Source of the DNA: a virus
Length of the DNA: 64,000 nucleotides
IMG/VR virus record: IMGVR_UViG_3300032334_001937
Coordinates: 48,020-112,019 of that record
Direction: 5' to 3' (one strand)
Shown here: positions 40,010 through 50,253 of the stretch, one piece after another
Position numbering within the stretch: position 1 is the first letter of the stretch
How the letters are laid out: each line of letters starts with the position of its first letter
Program-made: the position numbers and the translations under genes
Notes under the pieces: generated by a model
What the model was told of the DNA's origin: nothing
Seen by the model: the letters and a program-made list of their open reading frames with translations, nothing else
Databases searched by the model: none

Positions 40010-41854
40010 TTATGCTAGTAGTGTTCCAACAACAGTTACTGTTGAAGTATTGTTAGTTGGTGTTACACGAAGTCGTACATTTGCTCCATCAACATCTGCT
40101 GTTATAGTTGATGATGAACCATTTGTTCCAACAATTGCGTATTCTGTGATAGCAATATTGTCAGATGTATCAAGTGTGATAAGAACTTCAGAAAGTTCTG
40201 TGTGTGTTCCGTATGCAGTTTTTACAAGGAACTTTGCTGAACGGTAATCTGCCTTAGCAAATGCATAAGCAGTAACTTGTGAACCACCTGTTGGAGCAGA
40301 AACAGTTGCTGCAATCTGCTTAGCAAGTGAGTTAACCTCAACTGCTGTAAAGTTTGGAACTACTGCTTCAAGAGCAGATACTGCTCTCTCATTTGTAAAG
40401 TAAAGGTTTGTTGAACCTTCATCAAGGTCATCAGTATAAGAATCTGCTACACCGTTTTCTGCGGTAATAGTAAGTCCTGCACCTGAGCCTGTGATTGTAA
40501 TATTTGTGAGTGAGGCACTAGTCAAAAGATCTGCTGCTGAACTCTTAGCACGACCATCTGTGAAGTAGAGGTTGTCTTGTCCTTCTTCAATATCGTCTGT
40601 TGTTAGAAGATCAATCTGATCTCCAATTGTTCCGCCTACAGCGTCAATTGCTCTCTGGTTTGTGAAGTATAGGTTTGAACCTTCTTCAATGTCAGATGTT
40701 GTAAGAGCATTAATTTCATCATCTGTGTAGCCATTAGCATTTTGCTCTGCTGTTGCTGCTGCTCCAGCGATATCGTATGCTGCTGCGGTTGCGTCAAGTG
40801 CTCTTTGATTTGTGAAGTATAAGTTTGTGCCTTCTGCGACATCTGTAGTTGTTTGATCATCTACATAGGCCTTAGTTGCTGCATCTGTATTTGATGTAGG
40901 AGTTCCAAGACCAGTGATCTTGTTTGTTCCCATTGCAATAGCACCAGTCATTGTTCCGCCTGCAAGTGGAAGTTTATTTCCAATTGCTACTGCAAGACCC
41001 TGTGCATCTACGCTATCACCAATTGCTGCTGCTAACTCATTAAGAGTATCAAGAAGTTCTGGTGCACCATCTACAAGATCTGCAACTGCTGTTGCAATTC
41101 TATCTGTAACTGTATTTCCACCAGAACCATCAATTGTATTATCTCCAAGAAGAAGATCTGTGTAATCTTTTGCATCTTCAAGTGCTGTTGATGCTGCACC
41201 TAGTGCATCATAAGTACCTGCAAGGTTTAGGTCTGTAATTTCTTGACCAACATAAGCCTGTGTTGCAAGAATATCTGAGCCCCACTTAACAGAAGAACCT
41301 GCTGCTGGGGTAAGAACGATATGAGAATCAGAGTTGATTGTCATTGCTCCTGCGCCAGTGAAGTTAAGTGTATCTCCGATGGTCTTGTTTGTTAATGTTT
41401 GAGTATCTGTTGTACCAACTACGTTACCAGTTACACCGTGTGCTGATGTATCTGACATATGATCTGAAAGATCTGACGCTACTGCACCTGCAGCACCTGC
41501 TGCATCGTATGCTGCTGATGTTGCATCAAGTGCACGTTGGTTTGTAAAGTACTGATTTGTACCTTCAGCAATGTCTGTAGTTGTAAGTGCATCTGCATAA
41601 TCTTCTGCATCTGAAAGAGCCTGTGCTGCTGCACCAAAGTCATCAAATACTTCAGCCTTAACAGAAAGTTCTCCATTAATAACTTGAAGTTGATCTGAAT
41701 CTACAGATGTTACAAGTGTCTCTCCTCCGATGAGGTCAATAATGTACTGGTCAGAATCATCTTCTCTAAGAATATTCTTTCCGTTGATTGTACCTGTTGA
41801 ACCTTCAACTACGAGTCCTGCTTTTACCTTAAAATCTTTTACTACTGTTGCCAT
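40010..41854 (-). CDS. Acidic fibre-like virion protein with TxDxxEGxNxYFT repeats
   Basis: Five TxDxxEG(T/S/Q)..YFT repeats; GAPELLDTLNELAAAI fibre motif. Confidence 0.75.
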   Translation of the reverse strand: MATVVKDFKVKAGLVVEGSTGTINGKNILREDDSDQYIIDLIGGETLVTSVDSDQLQVINGELSVKAEVFDDFGAAAQALSDAEDYADALTTTDIAEGTNQYFTNQRALDATSAAYDAAGAAGAVASDLSDHMSDTSAHGVTGNVVGTTDTQTLTNKTIGDTLNFTGAGAMTINSDSHIVLTPAAGSSVKWGSDILATQAYVGQEITDLNLAGTYDALGAASTALEDAKDYTDLLLGDNTIDGSGGNTVTDRIATAVADLVDGAPELLDTLNELAAAIGDSVDAQGLAVAIGNKLPLAGGTMTGAIAMGTNKITGLGTPTSNTDAATKAYVDDQTTTDVAEGTNLYFTNQRALDATAAAYDIAGAAATAEQNANGYTDDEINALTTSDIEEGSNLYFTNQRAIDAVGGTIGDQIDLLTTDDIEEGQDNLYFTDGRAKSSAADLLTSASLTNITITGSGAGLTITAENGVADSYTDDLDEGSTNLYFTNERAVSALEAVVPNFTAVEVNSLAKQIAATVSAPTGGSQVTAYAFAKADYRSAKFLVKTAYGTHTELSEVLITLDTSDNIAITEYAIVGTNGSSSTITADVDGANVRLRVTPTNNTSTVTVVGTLLA

Positions 41855-41869
41855 TTTTATCTCCTTTAA

Positions 41870-42316
41870 TTAAGCCTTCAACCCAATACGTGCATAACGT
41901 AGGGTGATAGGGGTTATTCCTTGGGCTGGTGTAACAGTGAGGGCAACCGTGTTACTAACCCTGGAGACGCTAATGGTGCCAATATTCCCATCGGTGTCTA
42001 TTGTGCCATACTCGCTAACAGAAACATCTTCTCCGTCAATCAAGATGGTCATCTCTGTGGCGTAAAATTTATTATCACCAGCAGAAGTCTTTGCTATGGA
42101 GATAATGTACTTTACCATTCTCCATGTTGTTGCATCAAAATTATCAAACACAGTAACATTTGTAATGTCACTAATTGTGTTATCGTTGTTACCAGATGAA
42201 CCAAGATTAGTTGCTTGTCCAGCGGTAGAATCAATTAAATCTACGTAATCTTCCTGAGTAGGACGATCACCAGTTTGAAACTTAGTCTTTACGTTTGTGA
42301 GCGATGTGTAGGCCAT
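41870..42316 (-). CDS. Virion accessory protein
   Basis: FQTGDRPTQEDYVDLIDS; C-terminus resembles that of 40010..41854. Confidence 0.6.
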   Translation of the reverse strand: MAYTSLTNVKTKFQTGDRPTQEDYVDLIDSTAGQATNLGSSGNNDNTISDITNVTVFDNFDATTWRMVKYIISIAKTSAGDNKFYATEMTILIDGEDVSVSEYGTIDTDGNIGTISVSRVSNTVALTVTPAQGITPITLRYARIGLKA

Positions 42317-42337
42317 GTATGAATTATATCACGTATT

Positions 42338-42562
42338 TTAAAGTATATAGTTAGAAAAGCCAATAATCTGAATACCAATTCCAGGGATATTATTTATATC
42401 GTGACCTGGGATTTGAATGTTTGTTAAACGAATTCTATATGGAAGAGTATCGTTAATTATTGAAAGCCTTGTAGGGCTAGAGATGAAGGTTTTGTGTTCT
42501 CTTACTTCTTCAACTACTCTAGTAATTACAGGGTTTTTAGTAGTAATTACTGTTGTTGCCAT
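42338..42562 (-). CDS. Hypothetical protein
   Basis: 74 aa, translationally coupled to the upstream gene. Confidence 0.6.
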   Translation of the reverse strand: MATTVITTKNPVITRVVEEVREHKTFISSPTRLSIINDTLPYRIRLTNIQIPGHDINNIPGIGIQIIGFSNYIL

Positions 42563-42984
42563 TAGTCAGTTACATCCTCAAGAACTATTACTCGTCCTTG
42601 CGCTACCGTCCAAACAATTTCATCTTGTGGAAGAGAAAGTTGAATATCAAAAATATCATTAGTACGCAATGTATAAGTTTCTGCTGCTGTTAAAGAAACA
42701 GTAAACTCTCCTGCACCATCGCCTGCGCCTGGAGCTGGAATTTTAGCCATGATTGTTGTTGCCGTATCTGTAATAAAACCTGGAACTACTGGATCTGTTG
42801 TGGGTCTTTTAATTTTCATACGAATAGTCCAGTCAGCAATAATCAGGGGATCTAGATTATCATCTGTTACATAAACACGAAATGCTGCTGTATCACCTTT
42901 AACAAAAGTCCATTCAACTTTTGGAGGTGTTGCTCCAACGCTATATTGAGTCTTTTGAACTAATTGGTCTCTATAAGTTGCCAT
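42562..42984 (-). CDS. BppU-N/Ig-like virion adaptor protein
   Basis: VKGDT...FDIQL...QGRVIVLEDVT pattern; paralogues at 44561 and 60877. Confidence 0.55.
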   Translation of the reverse strand: MATYRDQLVQKTQYSVGATPPKVEWTFVKGDTAAFRVYVTDDNLDPLIIADWTIRMKIKRPTTDPVVPGFITDTATTIMAKIPAPGAGDGAGEFTVSLTAAETYTLRTNDIFDIQLSLPQDEIVWTVAQGRVIVLEDVTD

Positions 42985-43147
42985 AGTTCTTTTATTATAT
43001 CATAATAAGTAATAATACATTTTGTTATCAAATCGTTATAAAGATAATGGACAAAACGGACATTAAAGTTGTACTAGGTAGTAGATTATGTTATACTAGA
43101 TTATGAGACCAATCAAGGTCTCATTCGTTTCTTAGGAGGTAAAAACT

Positions 43148-43702
43148 ATGAGAGAAACTAAAGCGTGGTTAGGGGTAATGTTATTGGTGGTGTCGTCTGC
43201 TGTGTTTGCAAATAATGCAAATGCAGAAAGTCTTACTACTAAAAATAATTTACTAAACAAATCAGCTCAGAATCAGAATACCGCCCACAAAGCGGTTTTT
43301 TTCGTTTCTAGAGCAGAAATGTTAAAAAAGTATGAGAATAAGCCAGTTCTTTCAGACAGAGATTTGGCTTTGATGCTAAAGGCAGTAGGGTTTAAAGGCC
43401 AGGACTTGAAAGAGGCTTGGGCAGTAGCAAAGAAAGAGTCTAATGGGCAACCAATCAGATTCAATGGAAACACAAAAACAGGAGATAGTTCTTATGGGCT
43501 ATTTCAGATCAACATGATTAGCGATCTAGGTCCAGAGCGTCGTGATAAGTTTAACCTTGACACAAACTTTGACTTATTGAATCCTGTCGTTAATGCAAAA
43601 ATTGCATACCATATGAGCAATGGTGGTAAGAACTGGTCTGCTTGGCATGGCATAACAGCCAAAACCAAGATGTGGATAAAGAAGTTCCCGCATAACATTT
43701 AA
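43148..43702 (+). CDS. Lysozyme-like/transglycosylase cell-wall hydrolase with an N-terminal signal peptide
   Basis: AKKES (catalytic Glu), SYGLFQINM, NAKIAY...GGKNWSAW; hydrophobic N-terminus with ANA site; AGGAGG RBS. Confidence 0.82.
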   Translation: MRETKAWLGVMLLVVSSAVFANNANAESLTTKNNLLNKSAQNQNTAHKAVFFVSRAEMLKKYENKPVLSDRDLALMLKAVGFKGQDLKEAWAVAKKESNGQPIRFNGNTKTGDSSYGLFQINMISDLGPERRDKFNLDTNFDLLNPVVNAKIAYHMSNGGKNWSAWHGITAKTKMWIKKFPHNI

Positions 43703-43710
43703 ATAATAAT

Positions 43711-43749
43711 AAGATACCCCCTGAGCTATATGCTTGGGGGTATTTTTTT
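43711..43749 (+). terminator. Intrinsic terminator between convergent genes
   Basis: ATACCCCCTGAGC-TATAT-GCTTGGGGGTAT followed by a T run. Confidence 0.8.
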
Positions 43750-44477
43750 TATGACACAGATATATAAAATGCTTTAATTTTTGCTTCGCAAGGATTATCT
43801 GTTCTTATTTGCGGTAAACCGCCAAAAGACTGAAACTCTGAATTATTTATAAAAAGAGTATGTTCTGCAGAAAAATCATATTCGTACTGGTACTTAAAAG
43901 AACCAATAAAAGAAGTAGGAGAAACTTCTTCATCACTTAACAGTGTTCTCATCCAAACCTCTGTATTATTTGAATATGTAGTCAATTTTATATCATAACG
44001 AATTGTTACAATTGCTCCGATATTAAGGTTTTTAAAATTTATTTTTTGTGCTACTTTGTTCCAAAGCGAAACATGACCTTTTGGCAAAAATAACTCATTT
44101 GTATTTTTTCCTTCTGCATCAACTAAAAGACTTACCCAACCATCTTCTCCTTGATCAATTCCAGTTCTTTGATCTTTAGTTCTTTTATTTTCATAATAAC
44201 CCCAGCCAATTTGTTGACCTGAAGGAGATAGTACGCTAGCACCATCTTTGCCATCTTTACCATTTTTTCCATCTTTACCAGAATCACCTTTATCGCCTTT
44301 TGTGCCCTGGTCTCCTTGATCACCCTTATCTCCTTTTGGTCCCGCTGGTCCTTGAGGGCCTTGTGGTCCAGGCACAGGAAGAAAGGATAGGGTATTGTCT
44401 TGGTATTGAGATTGCTCTACTTGTGCAGCATAGTTAGATTTCTTGTATGGCCCATCCATGCTTTTAGATATAGCCAT
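43749..44477 (-). CDS. Collagen-like (Gly-X-Y) protein
   Basis: About 15 consecutive G-X-Y triplets (GPQGPQGPAGPKGDK...GKDG). Confidence 0.85.
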   Translation of the reverse strand: MAISKSMDGPYKKSNYAAQVEQSQYQDNTLSFLPVPGPQGPQGPAGPKGDKGDQGDQGTKGDKGDSGKDGKNGKDGKDGASVLSPSGQQIGWGYYENKRTKDQRTGIDQGEDGWVSLLVDAEGKNTNELFLPKGHVSLWNKVAQKINFKNLNIGAIVTIRYDIKLTTYSNNTEVWMRTLLSDEEVSPTSFIGSFKYQYEYDFSAEHTLFINNSEFQSFGGLPQIRTDNPCEAKIKAFYISVS

Positions 44478-44480
44478 GAG

Positions 44481-44564
44481 TTACTTCTTTACTTTAAAAA
44501 TAGTCCCATTAATTTTAATAATTGGTGGGAGTTTAGTATTTTTGTCATTAATTTTAATTATCAT
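44481..44564 (-). CDS. 27-aa micro-ORF MIIKINDKNTKLPPIIKINGTIFKVKK
   Basis: ATGA overlap with the upstream stop; exactly fills the gap to the collagen gene. Confidence 0.5.
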   Translation of the reverse strand: MIIKINDKNTKLPPIIKINGTIFKVKK

Positions 44565-44956
44565 AAACTTCCTCCAGGTGTAACATCTCCAAGAACACAA
44601 ATTGTTCCGATTACTGGTGTCCAAGTAATTGTTGAACTACCATCTGGAACCACTGCCTGAAGGTCAAAAGAAAGCTCTGCTACTACTGATTTATATTTTG
44701 TTCCCCAGTTTGCTGTTACTGAAGCTGGTGCTGTAACTGTAACTACGCTTCCATCAGCTGTTACTGTAAGGTCATCTAAAAGGTCTGCAATGGGGTCATA
44801 GGCCGTTGCTGAATATGTCCAACCCACTGTGTCAAATTCTGTAACTTCGTCGTTTTCAAGAAGAGAAACGGTAAATGAAGCAGAGTCACCACGAACTACA
44901 GTCCACTGAATATTTGCTGGTGTAGCGCCAAATTTCTCTATTGTTGGTGAGCACAT
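44561..44956 (-). CDS. BppU-N/Ig-like virion adaptor protein
   Basis: WTVVRGDS...FDLQ...WT...GTICVLGDVT; paralogue of 42562..42984. Confidence 0.55.
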   Translation of the reverse strand: MCSPTIEKFGATPANIQWTVVRGDSASFTVSLLENDEVTEFDTVGWTYSATAYDPIADLLDDLTVTADGSVVTVTAPASVTANWGTKYKSVVAELSFDLQAVVPDGSSTITWTPVIGTICVLGDVTPGGSL

Positions 44957-45303
44957 ATCATTGATTATACCATAATAAATAGGACTGACCCCTAGGGGCA
45001 GTGGGGTGGGTAGAGAGCAACCTAGGGGTCAATCATTATAAATTATAACATTCATTTATAAAATAGTTATTAAGCATCGTCCCCAGTATATTAATTAGTA
45101 ACAAAAAGTTATAATTGGGAATTTTAAAATATAAAGCCAGAGTGTATTGAAATTGTTATCAAAGAGTTATAAAGAGTTATATACCAAATGTCCATTTTGT
45201 CTCAATAAGCCAGAGTACTGATAGTGTATACTTAAAATATATAAAGAAAAGAAATAACTAACTAGTAAGGTTTTTAAGATATCTTATATATTATATATAG
45301 TAG

Positions 45304-45588
45304 TTATTTAGAACGAGCAATATAATCAAGTAATACATCGTACATATGATCTAGTTTATCACTAGTTGCTTTACGTTTTTCTCTAGCATTTTCTTGCTCA
45401 AGTTTAATCTGCTTAATTTCATCACGCATTGAAGATCCGCCGTTAGTTTTGGTTTCCGATCTAATATCTTCTACCGCTTCTACTATTGGCTTTACCTGGG
45501 CTTGAATATACCAACGAATTGATCCAACTACAATCGCTCCAATTGAAAGCAAAGCAAGAATGAATTGTGCCCAGTCTGTAGTGGTCAT
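45304..45588 (-). CDS. Single-pass membrane protein, holin-like
   Basis: N-terminal TM helix, NGGSSMRD motif and coiled coil; near the hydrolase. Confidence 0.5.
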   Translation of the reverse strand: MTTTDWAQFILALLSIGAIVVGSIRWYIQAQVKPIVEAVEDIRSETKTNGGSSMRDEIKQIKLEQENAREKRKATSDKLDHMYDVLLDYIARSK

Positions 45589-45778
45589 TATGAGATTATT
45601 ATACCATTATTTGAGATTAGATAAATAAATATAAAGTTCGCCCGATTAGACTCCGCCGATTTTAAAAGTCGCCGAAATAGAGATATCAAACCACCCTTGT
45701 ACAAACCCTGCATTAAAAATGCTATATGTACACATACTGGTAATTGACTTTTAAAAGGGTTTGCGCTACAATTGAGTA

Positions 45779-46375
45779 ATGGTAGATAGCATCAAAGATA
45801 CACTTAAACTTTTTTTACTGAGCAAATTACGCTTACATCACATGCTATACCGACTACCTGCTATTTCTGAATTTTTAGAAGAACTTATATCCGAAGCCTT
45901 GCAGGAAAACGGATACCCTAATGACTGGAAGCCTAATCGCTCACATGCTGTTTCAAAGGATCTTACACTAGATACTGGCAAATCGTTTTCAATTAAGTCG
46001 GGGATTTATGATCCAAAAAAGAAGACCCTAAAATTTTCGGGGAGTAGATTAGGAAAACACAACACAATAGAAGCTATGGTAGAAAGTATAGAGGCAACAC
46101 ACGCAGACTTCTACATATGCCTTGCAAAAGCCTCTGAAGACTGGTCTAGCATCCCAGGAAAGGCAGACCCTAAGACGTACTACCTATTTGTCTTTGAATC
46201 TGGTAAAATTGATTACAGCGGGGTTTGGGGAGTATCCGAATCCAAGAAGGGTGGTTTTAAATACGTGATTGACAAACCAGGTTTTCATGCAAAGATTGCA
46301 CCTTCCATGTCATATCAACTCTGGACTACTGTGGATACATCTATTATTGGCGAACCAGAGAAGTTGATTGTATGA
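45779..46375 (+). CDS. Hypothetical protein, possible PD-(D/E)xK nuclease
   Basis: E..EE...KD...SIKS pattern; leaderless promoter. Confidence 0.4.
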   Translation: MVDSIKDTLKLFLLSKLRLHHMLYRLPAISEFLEELISEALQENGYPNDWKPNRSHAVSKDLTLDTGKSFSIKSGIYDPKKKTLKFSGSRLGKHNTIEAMVESIEATHADFYICLAKASEDWSSIPGKADPKTYYLFVFESGKIDYSGVWGVSESKKGGFKYVIDKPGFHAKIAPSMSYQLWTTVDTSIIGEPEKLIV

Positions 46376-46569
46376 GTGATGTAAGTTTTGGTGATTGGCT
46401 TAAACCTTCTACGCCTAGAGCCAGTGAGGATCTCATTGAATCCCGCTTTAAAATTTGCTCTGAGTGTGAGTTTTTTAAGAAGAATGGATCCCGCTGCAAA
46501 TTGTGCCATTGCTTTATGAAGCTTAAAACCGAACTATTACATGCTAGGTGTCCAATAGGCAAATGGTAA
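46372..46569 (+). CDS. Cys-rich small protein (DUF6171-like)
   Basis: R..ICxxC...CxxCxC...CPIGKW. Confidence 0.6.
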   Translation: MSDVSFGDWLKPSTPRASEDLIESRFKICSECEFFKKNGSRCKLCHCFMKLKTELLHARCPIGKW

Positions 46570-47108
46570 TTGATACTGGCTATTTTGGAACTTCTTCTAA
46601 TAAGATACTTAAGATTGATAGCATTGCGTCTAAAGACGAGTTGGATTTTATTGTATCTTCCGTTGCAAATATAGACGTTTGGGATATTGATAATCAGCCA
46701 GATGTTTGGACAAATAGAGTAAGCGATCCAGATAAACTGTTTGAGCATGCAAACCAAGCATATGCGTTAATTGAAGAAATACAATTAAGGTTTATGGATG
46801 AAGTAACAAAATTTTATAATGTAAAAGTTGAAGACCCTAGACCATCAATTGCTAGATGGTTTGTCGGAAACTCACAAGAACCTCATGCGGATAAAACACA
46901 CTATCCAGACTATGATATTGGATCTGTCATTTATTTAAATAATGAGTATGAAGGTGGTGAGATTTACTTCCCCCAGCATAATATAGAGCTTAGGCCAAGC
47001 GCAGGAAATGCTATTGCCTTTCCAGGAGATGAGTATTATATGCATGGCGTTAGAGAGATTGTTTCTGGATTTAGGTATACCCTGCCTATTTTCTGGAAAG
47101 TTATATAA
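46563..47108 (+). CDS. 2OG-Fe(II) oxygenase, prolyl 4-hydroxylase-like
   Basis: HAD...YLNNEYEGGE...HGV...RY; paralogue of 30238..30912. Confidence 0.88.
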   Translation: MVIDTGYFGTSSNKILKIDSIASKDELDFIVSSVANIDVWDIDNQPDVWTNRVSDPDKLFEHANQAYALIEEIQLRFMDEVTKFYNVKVEDPRPSIARWFVGNSQEPHADKTHYPDYDIGSVIYLNNEYEGGEIYFPQHNIELRPSAGNAIAFPGDEYYMHGVREIVSGFRYTLPIFWKVI

Positions 47109-47109
47109 T

Positions 47110-47313
47110 ATGGCTAGAGACTGGCAAAATAAAGACTGGCTTACAAACCAGTATATTACTATGGGACGTAGCGTAGCATGGATAGCAGATAGTGTTAATG
47201 TTCATTCAGATATGATTAGGTTTTATTTAGATCAATTTTCTATCTACCGTCCTCTGCAAAAATGCAAACATGGTATGATTATATGTGAAATATGTAACAC
47301 TAAAAATTTATAA
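47110..47313 (+). CDS. Small HTH-like protein with C-terminal Cys/His motif
   Basis: WQNKDWLTNQY...IADSVNV...IRFYL; CKH...CEIC. Confidence 0.5.
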   Translation: MARDWQNKDWLTNQYITMGRSVAWIADSVNVHSDMIRFYLDQFSIYRPLQKCKHGMIICEICNTKNL

Positions 47314-47330
47314 CAGAAAGTGAGTTAAAT

Positions 47331-47516
47331 ATGAATAAGCAAGAAACCGTAGAGTTTATGGTCAAGAATATTAGCGAAACCAATAGAATGTTTTGCGAAC
47401 AAGGTGGAATGGATAAGGCTGAGATTGATAAGATGACTGAAGCTAGTATCCCATCGCTAAATATGATCTGCGATGTTTTGTACGATAATATGAAGAAGGA
47501 GAACCTAATTGCCTAA
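47331..47516 (+). CDS. Hypothetical protein
   Basis: ORF in an operon-like run. Confidence 0.6.
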   Translation: MNKQETVEFMVKNISETNRMFCEQGGMDKAEIDKMTEASIPSLNMICDVLYDNMKKENLIA

Positions 47517-47718
47517 GTATACATATAGAGTAATTTCAAATGTTGTAGAAGAAACATTTATCCAGAACGCTAACAAGACAATCTATGAGATGCTTGGCGA
47601 TGTTGATTTTGATAGCCTTGAGCTTGTAGTTACCACAAAGGATGAGTCAGAGGCAGAGAATGCCCGTAAGACTGTAACAGATATCCGAATGTGGGAATTA
47701 GTCAAAACTGAAGACTAA
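47509..47718 (+). CDS. Hypothetical protein
   Basis: TTG start with AAGGAG RBS. Confidence 0.6.
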   Translation: MPKYTYRVISNVVEETFIQNANKTIYEMLGDVDFDSLELVVTTKDESEAENARKTVTDIRMWELVKTED

Positions 47719-47966
47719 GGTTTATTCTAGGTCTGTATTTGCTTTTGATCTGTGAGAATCTGGACATGTGCATTCAGCACAGCATCTAACAGGTGCGGTT
47801 GTTTCGTTTGTCATGCTTCCATTTTACCACAAATCTGAAAAATTATATAAAAACTAGTTTTGAGAAAATCTGAATATTTTTGTCAGATGTATGATACATA
47901 AAAATAATACAAAAATACAAAAAGAATAGTGAGCACACAAGCGTGATCCTGTGTGCCCACTTTTGT

Positions 47967-48140
47967 TTATTTTGTACCCTGTAGGTAGCCGTCAATTCCA
48001 AGCAAGTCGCAAGTGACTTTCACACGCTGGTTCTTTTGTAGTGTGCTCTTGTATAGCTCTATAAAGTCATATACCTCTTGCTTACTCATGAGGCTAATGC
48101 TGTGAGTATTGCCTTGCATTGATGTGAGTGTGAGTCTCAT
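47967..48140 (-). CDS. Hypothetical protein, paralogue of 50253..50435
   Basis: Absent from the track. MRLTLTSMQGNTHSISL...VKVTCDLLGIDGYLQGTK. Confidence 0.65.
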   Translation of the reverse strand: MRLTLTSMQGNTHSISLMSKQEVYDFIELYKSTLQKNQRVKVTCDLLGIDGYLQGTK

Positions 48141-48278
48141 TTATTTATTCTTCTTTCTCTTGTAAAATTTATACCCTGCGAAAATAACAGCGCTTAGAAT
48201 AATGAGCTTCCAGTTAATAGCAATATAAGTCCAATTGCTATCTAGGCAGATACCGTAATCGTTAATCTCTAAATTCAT
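48141..48278 (-). CDS. Small membrane protein
   Basis: MNLEINDYG..., TM helix plus basic tail; AAGGAG RBS. Confidence 0.55.
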   Translation of the reverse strand: MNLEINDYGICLDSNWTYIAINWKLIILSAVIFAGYKFYKRKKNK

Positions 48279-48452
48279 TTGTTTATTCTCCTTTTGTGCA
48301 TGTGCATGGGTCAATGTAAATTGTGCTAGCGATAACGCTAACGGTTGCAAGTGTATTGCATGAGTCGCATAGAAAAATATCAACTAGCATTTATTTAATT
48401 CCATTCATTAGAAGTAAGGCAACACATATAGTGAAGAAGATATAGAATGTCA

Positions 48453-48620
48453 TTAGAGAGACACTCTCCATTGTGACCACATACCTAGACGGTCACCGTC
48501 TGATTCAATATAGAAACGCTCTATATTGTTCTCACACTCTGTACAGAATGTGTATTGTGTCTCTGATACCTCAGAGATTGCACTCTTATATGGAGAGTGT
48601 GTATGTGTTAATGTAGTCAT
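48453..48620 (-). CDS. Hypothetical protein
   Basis: AGAAAGGTGG RBS behind a TGTCA-N11-TAAGAT promoter; 55 aa with CTEC. Confidence 0.55.
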   Translation of the reverse strand: MTTLTHTHSPYKSAISEVSETQYTFCTECENNIERFYIESDGDRLGMWSQWRVSL

Positions 48621-48735
48621 GTTAGACCACCTTTCTTTTTATTCTTTTAGGGGGTTATTTAATTGTATAGATAAATCTTAGCATATACCTCTGACATTTT
48701 GGGGGATATCTAGGGGTGTGTCTATGTGAGATAGG

Positions 48736-48873
48736 TCACTCTAGTTCTTCTAGATAGAACCCTGTCTGACAGGTAGGGCAGATAGCGCCCTTTTCTTCAC
48801 CGTCTATTGCGATGACCATCTCAGTGCACTTATCGCACCAAACCATTGTATTGAATTCAATATAGTGAGTCAT
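48736..48873 (-). CDS. Small zinc-ribbon protein
   Basis: CDKC...CPTC; AGAAAGGAG RBS. Confidence 0.55.
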   Translation of the reverse strand: MTHYIEFNTMVWCDKCTEMVIAIDGEEKGAICPTCQTGFYLEELE

Positions 48874-49504
48874 TTTGACTCCTTTCTTTTTAACCACCTT
48901 GGTTAATTTCTTATAAGAGAATAATAACATACAATACCCAAAAAGTCAAGTCCTGACACGGCGTGTCGCATGTGATTTGCGCCACATGACCCGAGGGGTT
49001 ATCCACATGATGCACATCACACCTACGATTTACGCTTAAGTTATCCACATGATGTAAGTCACAATCCCTTATTTCCTAAATGTCCGTTTTATACCCCTGT
49101 AAATGTCATACCCCCCTGCTAGAATACTAGTATTAGAAAATAAAGAAAGGAGAACAAAATGTACTTTGTAAATAAATGTTCTCACTGTGGGTATCAGACC
49201 CCAGAAACGCAGGACTACTTCTGTCCTGTGTGTAGCGACACTAAAAGTCGCAACTATGTTCGCTTAGAACAATGGGTTAGAATAGAGGACTAACCCACCT
49301 CTCACACAACTTAATAAATAATAACTTCTAAAGAAAGGAATTCAAAATGAATTCATTGTATAACCCAGCGGATAGCCTTACACCTATCCTTCACTTCCCT
49401 AATCGTGACGGGAGCTGTTTCTACTGTAACGAAACAATCACTTTCGTTGCAGGTCTAAATCGCTATGTAGGCAATAGCGGTATCCGTTGCAAGGAGGCTA
49501 AGTA

Positions 49505-49687
49505 ATGAATGTACTAGTCTCTTCAGAAGTGCAAGAGAATCGTCTCTTGTCTAAATCAGAGCCATGGCGTTATCGTGTGGCTGATACTTATCTAATCGCT
49601 TGTGGAATATGCGATAACAATTTTATTGAAGTATTTCTAAAGGATAGAGACTTCACTAAATATACCTGCGAAAATTGCTGGGAGTAA
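49505..49687 (+). CDS. Small zinc-ribbon protein
   Basis: CGIC...CENC; AAGGAGG RBS. Confidence 0.6.
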   Translation: MNVLVSSEVQENRLLSKSEPWRYRVADTYLIACGICDNNFIEVFLKDRDFTKYTCENCWE

Positions 49688-50037
49688 ACATGAAACACTT
49701 TTTAGAAACAGGTAATGCACTTTTCTTTTTTTCATTTTTTATTTTAATTTATTCTGCGTGGTTACACTTGACAGAATGATCAAAAAAATCCCGAGGCGTT
49801 TTCCACAGGCTGTGGATAACTTTACGTGTGGTATAAATCACTTTACGTTTACGGCGTGTCGCCTTGATTTCCTGGAACTTCCGTGCTAAGATTCTCTTTA
49901 TACAATTAAATAAAGTAGCAAAACGGTGTGACCAACCTCACATTCAAAATGTCGGATATGTCCGAATTTGGATTTGATAATGTCACCCAAAAATGCTAGA
50001 CTTGCCATATCAAGAAAAAAGAAAAGAAGGTGACACC

Positions 50038-50253
50038 ATGTCAGCAAATGTCTACACAGTCCAATCCCTCCTAGTGGGAAAAACTTACTATTCAAATTCA
50101 CTTAAGGGTGAAATTATTTCTGCGGAAATTCACCCTAAAGGAATTTGGTATGAAGGTTGCGAAACCTATCTAGTGCAGGTGCGCCCTCACTACTCTAAAC
50201 CCCTTGCGCTAAAAGATACTTATCGCACAGTTGCAGTAAGAAAGGAAAACTAA
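50038..50253 (+). CDS. Hypothetical protein
   Basis: MSANVY start after a GAAGGTG RBS and a promoter. Confidence 0.65.
   Translation: MSANVYTVQSLLVGKTYYSNSLKGEIISAEIHPKGIWYEGCETYLVQVRPHYSKPLALKDTYRTVAVRKEN

Noticed and set aside
43749-44477. Collagen-like protein as the main substrate of the hydroxylases
   Set aside because: Its few prolines are almost all in the X position of G-X-Y, whereas collagen P4Hs act on Y, and the gene lies 8 kb away. Not excluded, but a weaker candidate than the PF repeat.
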